Below are positions 36,901 through 49,085 of a stretch of 64,000 nt of DNA, piece by piece; the first letter of the stretch is position 1, and the number at the start of each line of letters is the position of its first letter. The DNA lies in assembly GCF_009834535.1 (NCBI RefSeq), contig NC_045696.1, positions 2,606,001-2,670,000 of the forward strand. Direction: 5' to 3'. The notes beneath the pieces were generated by a model. It was not told the DNA's origin. It did no database searches and saw only the letters and a list, made by a program, of their open reading frames with translations. Origin of the DNA: Camelus ferus. Its lineage: Eukaryota. Position numbers and translations under genes: made by a program.

Positions 36901-38081
36901 GGTTAGGCACTTGCCTACAGCCACGCCCTCCTGCTGAAGGGTGCCCAGCCCCAAGCCCAGCCAGCTGGGAGCCGCGTCAGCACCCTGGACCCCGGCCCTT
37001 CTCCGCCAGTTGCCTGGGCCAGAGGGGACACCTGACCAGCGTGACTGGTCTACCCGCTTGCCAGTGGCCTGTTGGGTGGAAACCCAACAGGGAGAAAAAT
37101 CTTCAACTTAAAAAATAAGAACTAATAAACATCAAACAAATAAGACATGTAGTAGTGAGAGTTGAAACTCAAAAGATACTTAAAGAGAAGAGCCCTGCGT
37201 TAACTCTGGGACTCTGCAGGGGCAGGGACATGAAAGGCTATTCCTTGCTGAAGTGGCAAGTGAAGCTCTGAGACGGGAAAATGAGAAATCGCGTCAGGGC
37301 GAGGCGGGGCGTGGGGTGGTGCCCACCCGTGGAGAGGGCATCAGTCTCACTGATGCCGGAGCCCCACTGCCGAGGTCCCACGAGCTGCCCGGGAGCTCTG
37401 CTCCTACCGTGGGTTCCCAGAAGACGCTCTGCCACCTTTACCCCTCTGTTATCTTTAAAATAAGCCCTCATCGCTTGAGCTAACTTGCATCCAAGGATAC
37501 CTAACATATAAGGAACTGACCCCCATCTCTGGCAGGGATGCTATGACCGTGTTCAGATGGACTAGCAAAGTGTGAATGAACTGTTGCCGACTTTGGCAAA
37601 GCAGAGAGCCAGGAAGGCGCTGGCAGAAGTCTCGAATCAGTGGCCAGAGAGCTGATTCACAGGCATGATTTGTTTGATTTGTGTGACATTTTTTAATATG
37701 AGCTAATAAATCCTGACGGCTTGCTTCTTTCAAAAAATCAGAAGATGCCAGGAGACTGGGCTCACGTTCCCTATGGCAACCGTCACGTGGAGCTGAGAGG
37801 CAGCGCCCCTTGTACACGAGGCCAGGCCTCCACCGTGCACGCCATGTCCCCACCACCCACACAGGGTCCCTGTGCACTTGGAGGCCCCCCAGGGCTGAAT
37901 CGTTCGAGAGTTGCTGCTAGAGAACAGAATTTTATACGAATCTGAGAAACTGAGCAAAACTCAGGGAGCCTGGGTGATACTGCCCCTCAGGGAGCCAAGC
38001 CCAGGGTCCCAAGATCTGACTCAAAAGTAGCCAGATGAAGACGGTGTGAGGCCCCCAGAGTCCCCCTGCTGCAGGGCCAGA

Positions 38082-38381
38082 GCTGTGGGCTGAGAGGGGT
38101 GCCCCGAAGTCCTCATGCTGAAGCCCCACCCCACAGGGTCACTGTGTGCCGGGGCTGATGGCAGGAGATGGGCTCTGATGGGACAGGCCCAGGCCTTTTG
38201 AGACGGCAGAGACCAGCTCTGTCTCAGCCACGTGAGGACACAGCCAGCTGGAGGAACTGCAGCCAGCCCCATCCAGACCCCGGGGCAGCCGGCACCATGA
38301 TCTCGGACGTCCAGCCCCCAGAATGGTGAGCAATCAGCGTCTGCCGTGGTTTCTTGTTAAGAAAGCCATGGTGACTGAGAC
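38082..38381 (+). mobile_element. MLT1A/MST-like solo LTR
   Basis: TCATGCTGAAGCCC, GCCACGTGAGGACACAG, GCCGGCACCATGATCTCGGACGTCCAGCCCCCAGAA, GACTGAGACA end. Confidence 0.7.
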
Positions 38382-40069
38382 AGCGGGGGAAGGGCAGGAG
38401 GGAGGGTCCCAGCTGGCGGTGGCTCAGGACCCTGCAGCCTCCCCACAACGGAGGAGCCCCGCAGCCAAGAGGTGGCCCTGGCAGAGGAAGGGGCTCCCCG
38501 TCACACCAGGTAGGAGGGAGGAGAGACGTCAGGGCTCCCCCTACCCCTGACGCCCCCTCCTCTGATGACTGATGGAGGCAGACCCCGGAAAGCAGCCCGA
38601 GGCAAGAGTTACCCCATAAACAAAGGATGAGCGCTCAGCCCTGCCTTCTGCGTTTACTCATTTGCACACAAGGGAAGCGGGTGGCGGCTTTACACAGGAC
38701 ACAAATTAGCGCTTGGTGCGTTAGCACAGAACTCATTGCTGTCAGGAGGAAGTTCACCACTAATGACTCAGAGGTGTGAAACACAACACTCGAGGCGCCC
38801 TCCCGGCGCACAAGCACACAGTTCACTGCGCGTGCGCTTCCCGGCTGGCAGCCGCAGGACGGGTCCTGGGAAGAAGGGGGTCGCGGGCGGTCCCTGAAAC
38901 AGAGATGAGTCACCCTCCCTCGGCACCGGAAGCCCTGCCCCCCCCCCACGCCTGAGGGAGGCACGGCATATCCTCCTCTTGGGGCGCCGGAAGCCTCCCC
39001 CCCCACCAGCACAGGGTGTCCCCTGCGCCAGCCACCGCCTGCCCCCACCTGCCCATCCCGCTCCTCCCGCTGCCCCTCCCCTTAGACACCAGGACCTTGG
39101 ATGGGCTTGACATCCATGTTCCTGCCACAGCCCCTCCCTCATTCCTCACTGACCTTTGTCTGTTAAGCAAGATGACATCAGAAGATGCATGTTTCAAAGA
39201 AAAACTCCCCCGCTTACCCGCAGGTGTGTGACGGGTTGCCCTGAGCTCCCCGAGCTCCCACATCTCATTCCAAACATGGTCTGATGGACCGCCGCCCTCA
39301 GCATCTCTGAATCGAAGCCTCGTGAACCCCACGGGGTCTGGGCAGTAGCAAGAGTGGAGGGGTGTCGACATCGTGGTTTGCAGGGACTACCTGTGTTGGT
39401 GAGTTCAGCATTCAGAAACTCCTCCAGAGGTGGTGCTGGCAACACAGTCTCCAATCCGCAGGTAATCCACAGGTGCCAGCCAGCCTGGGACGCCGCCAGC
39501 CCTCCTCTGGTGGGGGGTTTATGGTGGGCAGACCTCTTTGTTGGGGCGGAGTGCCAGTGCTCCAGCAGGGACCCCTGGGCAGGTCCTCGCTGCCCCGAGG
39601 GACGGAGGGACAGAGACAGGTGGCCTGTGTGGGCTGAGCTGGTCTGGGAAGAGGGAAGGACACCTGCACGTGGCAAGGCCCCTCCCTCTGCAATCGAGGG
39701 GAAGACCCCAGCCCAGAGAAGACGCAAAGAGGAGGAAATCCGACCAGCGGGGACTCAGGACCAGCCCCGTGGCTTGGATGCCCACGGGGAAGGGCTTACA
39801 GGAGCCAGCCACCTGCCTGGCAGCCACACCTGGGCGTTCATGAGACAGGCTGCAACCTGGGAACCCAAGGGGGCCGGGACAGGGGCCCTGACCAGCAGGA
39901 GCCACCCTGGGGGGGGGGGCACAACTGCCTCCCTTGAGAACAGCCCGTATAAAGAGTGCCTGGAAGTCACAGAAAAAGGAGAAAACATGAGAAACATGAG
40001 CAGAGACTTCAAAAAGCACCAATGGAACACGGCCCTGCTGCGTATTAGAAGATACTGAGTATCGGTCCC

Positions 40070-40310
40070 GGTGGGGGAGGGACGCACTGGGAGTCTGAGA
40101 TTTCCAGGTACTAACTACTATATAAAATAGATTTTAAAAAAACAAGGCCCTACTGTACAGCACAGGGAACTATATTCAATACCTTGGAATAACCTATGAT
40201 GGAAAAGAATCTGAAAACAACAGATACGTGTGTATACGTAGAACTGAACCTCTTCACTGCGTACCTGAAACTAACACAACGTTGTAAATCGACTATACTT
40301 CAAAAAAAAA
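40070..40310 (+). mobile_element. Artiodactyl-type L1 3' end
   Basis: CTATATAAAATAGA...ACAAGGCCCTACTGTACAGCACAGGGAACTATATTCAAT...CCTGAAACTAACACAACGTTGTAAATCGACTATACTTC plus A tail. Confidence 0.9.
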
Positions 40311-40879
40311 CCGACAAAACCCACTGCAGAGGAACAGCAGCCTGTGGAGAGAGGCTTGGCCTCACTAACCGTCAGGGAATGCGCGCCCGTGGGCCGCACC
40401 CCCAGCCCTCGGTCACTGCGGGCGGGACTGAATCGGAGCCGCTGTTACCTGATGCGGTCGAGCCAGCATGTCCCACGTCATGGCGATTCGGTTCCCAGGA
40501 TCTGGGTGCAGAGGGTCAGGCTCACAGCAACACTTCCGTCATCACCACAATGTCCACCACCCCGATGTCCATCCACAACGGGTGGGGAGACGGATCGGGT
40601 ATTTGGGGTCACACACTGGAACACTTCACCAGCGTGAACACGAGGAGCGACACCTACACGCAGCAGTGGGGACGAGCCCCACAGATGAGGCCAGTCGGGG
40701 AGCAGGACCATCAAGTCAGACACTGGGAGACCTACTGACCTGAGGTTCCCAAACTGGCAGAACCGCACAATGCCTTGTTGCGGGACGAGGGCGGATATGC
40801 TGAAGGGCAGCCAAGTCACAACTGTCTAAAGGCCCTTCACCTGCCAGGATCATGTAGAGCCACAGGGCGACGGTTTCAC

Positions 40880-41000
40880 ATCCTGTTCATCTCAGACACA
40901 CAGAGCGATGCCTGGCACGTGGCAAAGGCTCAAAGATGTGATGGATGAATAGATGGGTGGGTGGATGGATGGATGGGTGGGCAGGTGGGTGGGTGGATGA
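40880..41000 (+). mobile_element. L2 3' end with (TGGA/TGGG)n tail
   Basis: GATGCCTGGCACGTGGCAAAGGCTCAA followed by GGATGAATAGATGGGTGGGTGGATGGATGG. Confidence 0.65.
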
Positions 41001-41876
41001 GCTGTGACCACAGAGGGCACAAACACAGCTTTGAAGATTCTGGTGAACGTTCTATTTCTTATTCTGGGAAGAGGCTACACAGTCTTTAAAAGTTGCACAT
41101 GTGTTGTACATGCTCCTCTGTATGTACTGGATATTTCATGACAAAAATATAAAATTGTTTTAAATCACGAAACATTTGGAAAAAGCAGTGTTGGGGGCGA
41201 ACTTGTACCTACATACTGTGGATGCAAACTGACTACAGCACTGTGGTTTTAGCACAGAAATTGGCAAGTATATCAGAAGACAGTGAGTGCAGAAAGTTCA
41301 GGGACAAGATGAACAATCCTTATTTTTTTTCTTTCCTGAGTTCCAGAAGAGCTCAAGAAACTGAGCTGGACTTCGCTACATATTTGGCAAAAGTGAAGAA
41401 ACGCCACGGGCTTGCCAAGGGAGGTTGGCATGGGCCCTCTTGGAGATGCGAGGTCCTCCCAGAGCTGGCTGGGCGAGGGGGAAAGCTCTGCCCGGATCAA
41501 AGGCTCCAGCCGCCAAGCTGCTCACCGGGATGGAAGCAAGTTTGCTAATTGATGCCATTAGCAGAAAGGGGTGGGGGGAGCTCTTGCTGACATTTCTGCA
41601 GGTGGTGGAGGTGGGGAGAGGGGAGGCGAGGAGGGGGAAATGCATGACTGGAGCCTGTGTGAGCCTGTGCGCAGCCCTGAAACAAAGGGTGATGAAACAA
41701 TGCCATTTCCACTTTATTCTGTTCCTTTCTAAAGGAATGCTGGTGGCAACCCATGAAATGAATTTATAGCTAATAGTGTGTGACCACAGCTTGAAAAATA
41801 AGGTGTATTGAATAGTTTTCAACCTGGAATCCACAGATGGGCTTCTCTGAGCCCATGCGCCCCCTGGAATGGACTC

Positions 41877-42055
41877 TGTGTGTGTGTGTGCACAAATTGT
41901 GTGCATGTGTGTGCTGTGTGCATGTGTGTGCACAAATTGTGTGCATGTGTGTGCTGTGTGCACAAATTGTGTACATGTATGTGCTGTGTGCATGTATACA
42001 CAAATCGTGTGCTGTGTGTGTACACAAATTGTGTACATGTGTGTAGTGTGTGCAA
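41877..42055. repeat. TG-derived minisatellite, unit ~30-40 bp containing CACAAATTGTG
   Basis: About 5 copies of TGTGTGCACAAATTGTGTGCATGTGTGTGC with variants. Confidence 0.9.
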
Positions 42056-44005
42056 TTTTCCTGCAAATGAGTCCTTTCCAACCGCAATTTCAGAGGCGCC
42101 CCTGATCTTCTGTGCCCACCCTGGTCCCTACGTCACAGACAAGGAAAGTCCAAGGAGGAAAGTCCAGTGAGTCCAGGCTGAGCAGAGGCAGAAGCCCCAC
42201 CTCCTGCCTCCCGCCCGGGGCTGAGCCCAGCCCCTTCTAAGGTGCTCAGTGAGTCCAAGGTCACCCCTGTTACCAGAAGGGGAGGCAGGCCGGGTGTGCC
42301 CCCCCAGAAACCTCTGCCTCAGCTGTGCTGCCCTGAGGAGGGGTCATGCACTGACCACACAGCCAAGCTGCGCCCACGCCAGGACCCCAGGCAGGAGCAC
42401 GAGCGCAGGCCGAGACGGACCGCGGAGCCGGGAGGAGGTACAGGCAGCCCCGACCTCGCGAGAGGGCTGACAGCCTGGCCGTGAGCCCCACGCTGTGTCG
42501 GTCAGCCCTGCCCCAGCGGCTCGCTGAGCCCCGCTGTGCGAGGCCCACGGAGACGGGCCACGGCGTCCCCGCGGGAGTCTGGGTCGGGCGGGACATGGAG
42601 CTGCGGCTGGCAATGCAAAGCCTAAACCAGTCAATGAAACAGGAGGGCTGGCCCAGGGGGAGAAGGGACACACAAGAAGTCAAAGAAGAACCACAAGGAA
42701 GCCTTCTCTGGGCGCAAGGACATCTGCAAGGCACCGGTTACCTGGGCCCCACTACTCACCTGTGGGCGCGGCTGACTTGTAAGGTCAGGTCGCAGAGGAC
42801 GGGGTCCCAGTCCCCAAGGAACTGCTGGCTCCTGGCTGCAGAATTGCAAGCTCTGAGCTGAATCCCAGCTCTGCCCTGGCCCAGTGGCCTTGGGCTCTGG
42901 GAGTGCATTTCCCAAGGTGTGGACAGTGACACTGACAGTGACATCCACCGCACCTGGACCAGTGTGTGCCAGGCCCCTTCCCCTTCCCTGTGCCTCGTCC
43001 ACGCCAAGCACCCCTGAGCCCTGCAGCGGCACCACAGGGTTCAGCACAGGGCCCCAAGGCCAAGCAAGTGACCTGCCACATGGCCCATCCAATTTCATTA
43101 TTTCATCACAGTGACTGGACCTCACAGTGGGACATCCTCCATAAACCCAAGGTCAGGCCCAAGGTCACAAGCACCAAACTGCACCTGCCATCAAGTGATG
43201 CAGTAGCTACCTCACTCCACACCGTGTGCCAGGTGGGGAGCATCCCGCTGCGAGGAACAGAGAGTCAGCCCCACCGCCCGCCAGCTCACACAGGACGGGG
43301 ACCCGGGGGAACGGAGGAGGCTCTGCTTCTCTGAGACGCCCCAGCCTTGACTTTGTCCTCACAGTGGAGGCCAGGCAGCTGCAGCCAGCCCCCCATCCCT
43401 CCACATGACGAGGTCCAAGAAGGAGGTTGCGAGTCACCTCTGGGCTGGACGTGCCCTTCCGAGGGTGAGGGGCGCCCTGCCCCTCCTCCTGCAGCTCAGG
43501 GCTCTGCTGATGACCCAGTCCTCCCCGGGGACGGAGTGCCCCTCAGGTGCCCCCAGGGGCTGGGGAGGCCGCGTGGCGTCTAGAACTTACAACGGGACCC
43601 GGAGGCTTGGGTGCGTGCAGGGAACCTCAGCACGGGGTCTCAGTCTGAGCCCGCTGCCCCTGCCTTCCACCCTGAGGGCCTTCATCTCCCTCTGCCCGGC
43701 GGGCAGCCGGCCACGCTAGTGCGGGCGCCTCTCCCTCCCGATGTCCGGGCTCTGACAGCCCAGGATAATTCACCGTCGTTTTATTTCAGCACATGGAGGA
43801 CTTCATTCCACGTCAGGGGTCCTGGTGAAAAGCCTGAGGGGCTTGCCACGTTCCTTAACCTGGTGGGTGTGACTCCAAACCGGGTCTTCCCAGCACCAGG
43901 TGCTCGGCTCTTTCCACCGTCCGGCCGTCGCTCCCTCCTGGACTCTCCGGAGACCTGCTCCAACGTGCTCGCTTCGGGACCGGCCGGGGGTTTGCGGGGA
44001 GACAC

Positions 44006-44036
44006 TGCCAGGTGCCAGGTGCCAGTTGCCAGGTGC
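44006..44036. repeat. (TGCCAGG)4 heptamer repeat
   Basis: TGCCAGG TGCCAGG TGCCAGT TGCCAGG TGC. Confidence 0.9.
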
Positions 44037-45600
44037 AGGGACATCTCCTCCCTGCGGCTTTTCTGAGATTTCTCCCTAAATATTCAGATATGCTGACCAC
44101 CCCAAACACTAGCCTCGGACCCCTCAGCCCGATAGAACTGTCACCTTCTGCGCGAGCTGCAACCAGTCTGGGGTCTGGGGGGCCTCGGGAGGGGAGCCGA
44201 CCGAGGGGGGAGCCCTCCTTTACGAGTTCGCACCCTCCGGGGGTTTCTCCTGCTCTAAGGCACTTTCCAAAGCCGCCAGATAATCGCTGCTCCTCTTCTG
44301 CCCAGAGTTCATAGTCGGCAAGAAGACGGGGAGGCAAGACTGTCTTTCATGTTCCCCCTCAACGCCCAGTGCTCGGAAAGGACCGGCAGGTCTCCCAGGA
44401 AGTGACGAATGAAGAAAGAGGCACCGTATGTGAAGAAGACATTACCTGCGGGGACACTGATCTGCTAAAACACAGCTCCAAACTCCACTGCGAAAAGGTT
44501 CCACATCTTCCAAGAATAAGATGTGGCTCCTGGCTCCACGTGCAGAACCACCGGGGACCAGAGCAAGCGGACAGTCATCCTCAAATGCACATGTGAGTCT
44601 GCTCTGTGCAGAAGAGGCTCCTACAGCGTAGAAGCGGCGGTTCCCACCTCTCCTCACCAGCGATTCCAGGTGTCTTGAGTCCAGTCTCCCCTCGAGGCCC
44701 CGGGTTTCCCGTTTGTCTAGTTCAGCCCTGCGGAGGACGCCGTGGGTCTCTCCAGCCACAGCAGTCACCTCGGGGGAAGGCTTAAAGACGCCAGGCGCTT
44801 AAAGACAGTCCACACCGCAGCAGGTCTGCGTGCCGTGCTGGTCTTGTCACTATTCTTGTTTTAACCTCTGCTCACCTGCTGCAGGCTAGCACACCGGAAA
44901 AGTGACGGAGCCTGTTCGACGGATACTTGTTAATTAGCTACGTTAATTTTTCATATCAGCGATGTCCTATTAATATTTTAAATCTGAATCTCATAATACC
45001 AAAGTTTAAGGTTTTATATACGTTCATTTTTATGTGGCTTTTTTCCACCTCCAAATTCCATCCCAAGGGGGAGAAAGTCTCTTGGGTTCAGTCCAACCCC
45101 CCACGAGCGAGACGGCTAACGTGCCCGCCCGCCCCCAGCCTGCTTGCGGCAGGTGCAAGCCCCACCACCTGACGGCTCCGTCTTCCCAAACCGCCTGCCC
45201 TGGTGCCCCGCCAGCCACAGGTGTGCGCGCTCGGGGGTGCGGCTTGCCTGAAAGCAAGCGTGAGCCGCAGAGCTTAGCCAAGTTCTGAGGTCGGAGGGCA
45301 AAGGATAGTGATGCCATCTCTGGACACTGCCCACTGTGGGCCAGCCCTCCCGCCCCGTGTCTCCCCCAACAGGCAGGCACCCGGGACACCTTCCTGCCAC
45401 TCAGCCACTCCGAGAGAGCAGCGGACACCTCACCTGGGGGGCCTCCCTGGATGCACAAAGGCAAGCTGACTTCACCCCCTGGCACTGCTGGCACTGCTCT
45501 TGAGGGCAAGAGGGAGGAGGGAATGCAAATCACAGGAAGGCATAAAAGGAAGTTCTCCCATCCGCTGGGGAGTTACAAAAATGCATGAATAACCAAAGGG

Positions 45601-46111
45601 CTCATTCATGTCCTCTTTTTTCTTTTCCTTTTTTTTTGATTTCACACATGAGTGATCTCATGTGGTATTTTTCTTTCTCTTTCTGACTTACTTCACTCAG
45701 AATGACGATCTCCAGGTCCATCCATGTTGCTGCCAAAGGTATTATTTTATTCTTTTTTTCATTGCTGAGCACTATTCCATTGTATGAACATACCACAACT
45801 TCTCATCTGCAAAACAGAAACGGACTCACAGACACAGTAAACAGTCTTATGGTTACAGGGGGAAAGGGGGTGGGAAGGGATAAATTTGGGAGGTTGAGAT
45901 TTCCAAATATTAACTGCCATATATAAAGATAGATGAAAGACAAATTTCTTCTGTACAGCCCAGGGAACTATATTCAATATCTTGTAATAACCTTTAATGA
46001 AAAAGAATATGAAAATGAATGCACATACACACACACACACACATGACTGGGACATGATGCTGTACACCAGAAACCGACACACTGTAACTGACTCGACTCC
46101 AATAAAAAAAA
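45601..46111. mobile_element. Camelid-type L1 with 5' inversion (45601-~45803 antisense; ~45802-46111 sense)
   Basis: Antisense part CTGACTTACTTCACTCAGAATGACGATCTCCAGGTCCATCCATGTTGCTGC; sense part CATCTGCAAAACAGAAACGGACTCACAGAC...AATAAAAAAAA. Confidence 0.9.
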
Positions 46112-47785
46112 GAGGGTGATGGGATGGAGTCCCTAGGGCATCCAGAGGAAGGATGGGGTCACAGAGAGCGGGCATAAAGTGGAGTGGCTCCTCACTGCAC
46201 CCCAGATGACAATGCATGTTCGTTGTCCCCCCTGGGCACCCAGACCTCCTTTGGCCTTGACCTGACGCCAGGTCGTGGCACCCAGCTGAGGAGCTGGGTG
46301 CCAACCACACGTGGCCGAGTCCGCGTGAGCTCCCAGGGCCACGTCACCACCGATCCTCTTTGCTGGCGTGTCCCCGCCTGTGTGCCCTCCCTCAGACAGC
46401 TGACATCTAAACACCATCTTTGCGCAACTGGGCTCTCTAAGCCGTCGCAGCCCCAAATGGAGCATGACCATTGCTTCCCGCACACGGGGGACCACGGATT
46501 CAGGGCTGACTGCTCCATCTTCGTGAGCGCAGCCGGAATAACCCACCCAGTAAAACATGCTGCGGTTCTACACCCTGTGACCAGTAAGACTGACCACGGC
46601 AAGCCTCCAGGGTGTGCGTATGAAAACCCTCCAACTTTTACCCACTCGACAAGGGGGAATCCAGGAGGGTAGTGTTTTCTTGGCCTTTTTAGGCAACCTC
46701 GGAAAACTAGCAAATGTAGCTGAAATAATTCCCCCTCTAAAATGCACGTGGGGAGAGCCTGCTGCCTTAATTTGCCTGCCTCAATAATGAGTCCAACAGG
46801 GCGAGCGCTCCCTTCCTGAGCAAGCCTCACCTCCGCCCGTTCGCATGCTAATTTGCCAAAAAGCTCCAACTGTATCTGCATGTTTTTCCATCTCATTTAG
46901 CCTGATCACAACTTAGAGCAGGTGCAACTCCAGCAGGTGGCCTGAGCCCTCAGCCAGGTCCCGCAGTGGGGAGCAGGAATTCCCTTAAAGGGCCTCTGCC
47001 TGTCTGTGCTTGGCACTGATCCTGCAGCAAAGCCACCCACACGGGGACGTGCGTGCCGCGGCTGTTTCCACCATCTCATCCGCTGACAGACACTGGGCAC
47101 CCAGGACCCCTGAGGAACTGCAAGTGTACAGGGGCCGCCCTCTGCCTCCGTGTGCCAGGATGCTGCTCCACTGCTGGCCGGGAAGTCATGGCACACACGT
47201 GCTGAGACGCCCCGGGGGCACCGGGGCCACTGCTCTACCGGCAGATTGACTGGCGGGATGGCCACGCCCCTACTGACTGCTGCCCTGCACTTAACCTTCA
47301 CCAGTGTTGTCCAGCCCGCAGGCACCCCAGCAGTCAAAATCAGCCCCACAGAACCCGTCCTCGGTGCCCCTCCCATCACAGCGCCCTGGCATCCACCTCC
47401 ACGGGCCAGGACTGACAGCCCCTGACACTGCCTTCCCACTAAGGTGCCCTGGAGGGAGACCACACGTGTGCATGTTAAAGTGGCCTGTGGGAGGACAAAG
47501 CCAGACCTCCCAGGCTGACGCAGAGACGGGAAACCAGCCCAGAGGGAACCAGCTGCCCCTCTGAGGTGTGAGGTCAACCCCTGGCTGCGTCCTGTAAGGG
47601 AGGAGACACTGTGGGTGGCCCCCAAAAACCTTCCCAGGTGGCTCCAGGAATTTGGATATTTAGCTAATACTGGATATTTGCCGCCCGAGGGCCCACAAAC
47701 ATGGTGATTTCCCTGCAAAGACCAGGTGCCTGGGTTCAGGACTGGTACCCTCTTCCTATTCTGAAGTCCATTCACGGATGCACGG

Positions 47786-47975
47786 ACACACACACACACA
47801 CACTCACACTCACATACACGGTCATGTGCTTGTGGACAATGTGCACACATGCACACACTCACACATACTTACACGCTAATGCACACTCACACGCTCATGG
47901 ACATGCTCACATGTTAGTGGACACACACAAGGTCACACACAATTCCGTTGTCACACACACTCACGCACCCACACC
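47786..47975. repeat. Degenerate (CA)n low-complexity tract
   Basis: CA-rich sequence with interruptions. Confidence 0.85.
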
Positions 47976-48411
47976 ACCCTAGGTACACAGCTAGTCCTAA
48001 CCTCATTGTGAGGGCGCCCCAGGGCCCAGCTGAGGCAGGCAATTCGCAAGCACAGCTTCAGGCCATGTGGGCACTCGGGCCACGGGGAGGGGCAGCTGCT
48101 GGAGGGAGAGGGACCTTCATGGAGCACAAAGCCCCCCACTACCCACCCGCCTACAGAAGATGTCACCCACTGCCTCTTCCACCTCCTGGGTGCCTGCCCT
48201 GCCTGGCCCGACCAGCCCTGTGTCTTCAGGTCAGAATTCCTCCAGGACACGGCAAAGCAGCCAGCCCCACCCTGGCCCTGCCCACAGGCCTCTGGGTCAG
48301 CCTTCTTCCTGCTGGAGCCATGACCCCATCCTAGCTACGCCCCTCGGTCAGCCTCCCCACCCACTGCCCTGCCTTCATTGTAACCCCTTCCTCCTTGCTC
48401 TGTGGCTTCCT

Positions 48412-48862
48412 GACACTCACCCCAAGACACACACACACAGATACACACATACCACACATAGATACACACCAAACAAACACACACACCACAAACACACAGA
48501 TACACAGAAATACACACACGTACATCTATACACACCATGATGATGTACACCATGATAATGGTGATGATGGCGGAGATGATGGTGGTGATGGTGCTGATGG
48601 TGGTAGTGGTGATGGTGCTGAGGTGGTGGTGATGATGACGGTAGTGATGATGGTGGCAGGTGGTGGTGATGATGGTGATGTTGGTGGTGATGGTGGTAGT
48701 GGTGATGGTGGCGATGGTGGTGATGGTGGCGATGGTGGCGATAGTGGTGGTGATGGTGGTGATGATGGTGGTGGTGATGATGGCGATGGTGGTGGTGATG
48801 ATGACGGTGGTGATGTTGGTGGTGATGGTGATGATGGTGGTGATGGTGATGACGGTGTTGTT
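48412..48862. repeat. Compound low-complexity repeat: degenerate (CA)n then (GGT/GAT)n
   Basis: CA-rich 48412-48535, trinucleotide GGT/GAT/GGC tract 48536-48862. Confidence 0.95.
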
Positions 48863-48894
48863 GCAATTCATTGAGACCTTCTTCTGGGCTGAGT

Positions 48895-49085
48895 AGTAAG
48901 TATGCTAAATGTTTTACATCTTCTTCTAATCTTTAAACATTTTATGAGTCCCATTTTACAGGAAAGGTAATCGAGACTTAGAGAGATTCGACAATCTGCC
49001 AAAGTCCCATAGCTAGCAATGAGACAGGGGCAGACAGGAACGCAGGCCTCTGCCCCAAAATGCATTCTCCTACCACTGCCCCTAC
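48895..49085 (-). mobile_element. MIR
   Basis: CCCATTTTACAGGAAAGGTAATCGAGACTTAGAGAG...CTGCCAAAGTCCCATAGCTAG. Confidence 0.75.

Noticed and set aside
41222..41548. ORF with more protein-like composition (ETELDFATYLAKVKKRHG)
   Set aside because: No recognisable homology or clear splice-bounded exon; the composition reflects local AT richness next to L1 remnants
41877..42055. Regularly spaced CACAAATTGTG units resembling an array
   Set aside because: The intervening sequence is TG-repeat variants, not unique spacers; it is a minisatellite
46906..47862. Longest ORF in the track (318 aa, minus strand)
   Set aside because: Begins in a TG repeat, has no recognisable domain, and has composition typical of stop-poor GC-rich noncoding DNA
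48335..48896. Poly-His, Gly/Asp-rich, Thr/Ile-rich and Val/Met-rich ORFs
   Set aside because: Translation artefacts of the (GGT/GAT)n and (CA)n repeats
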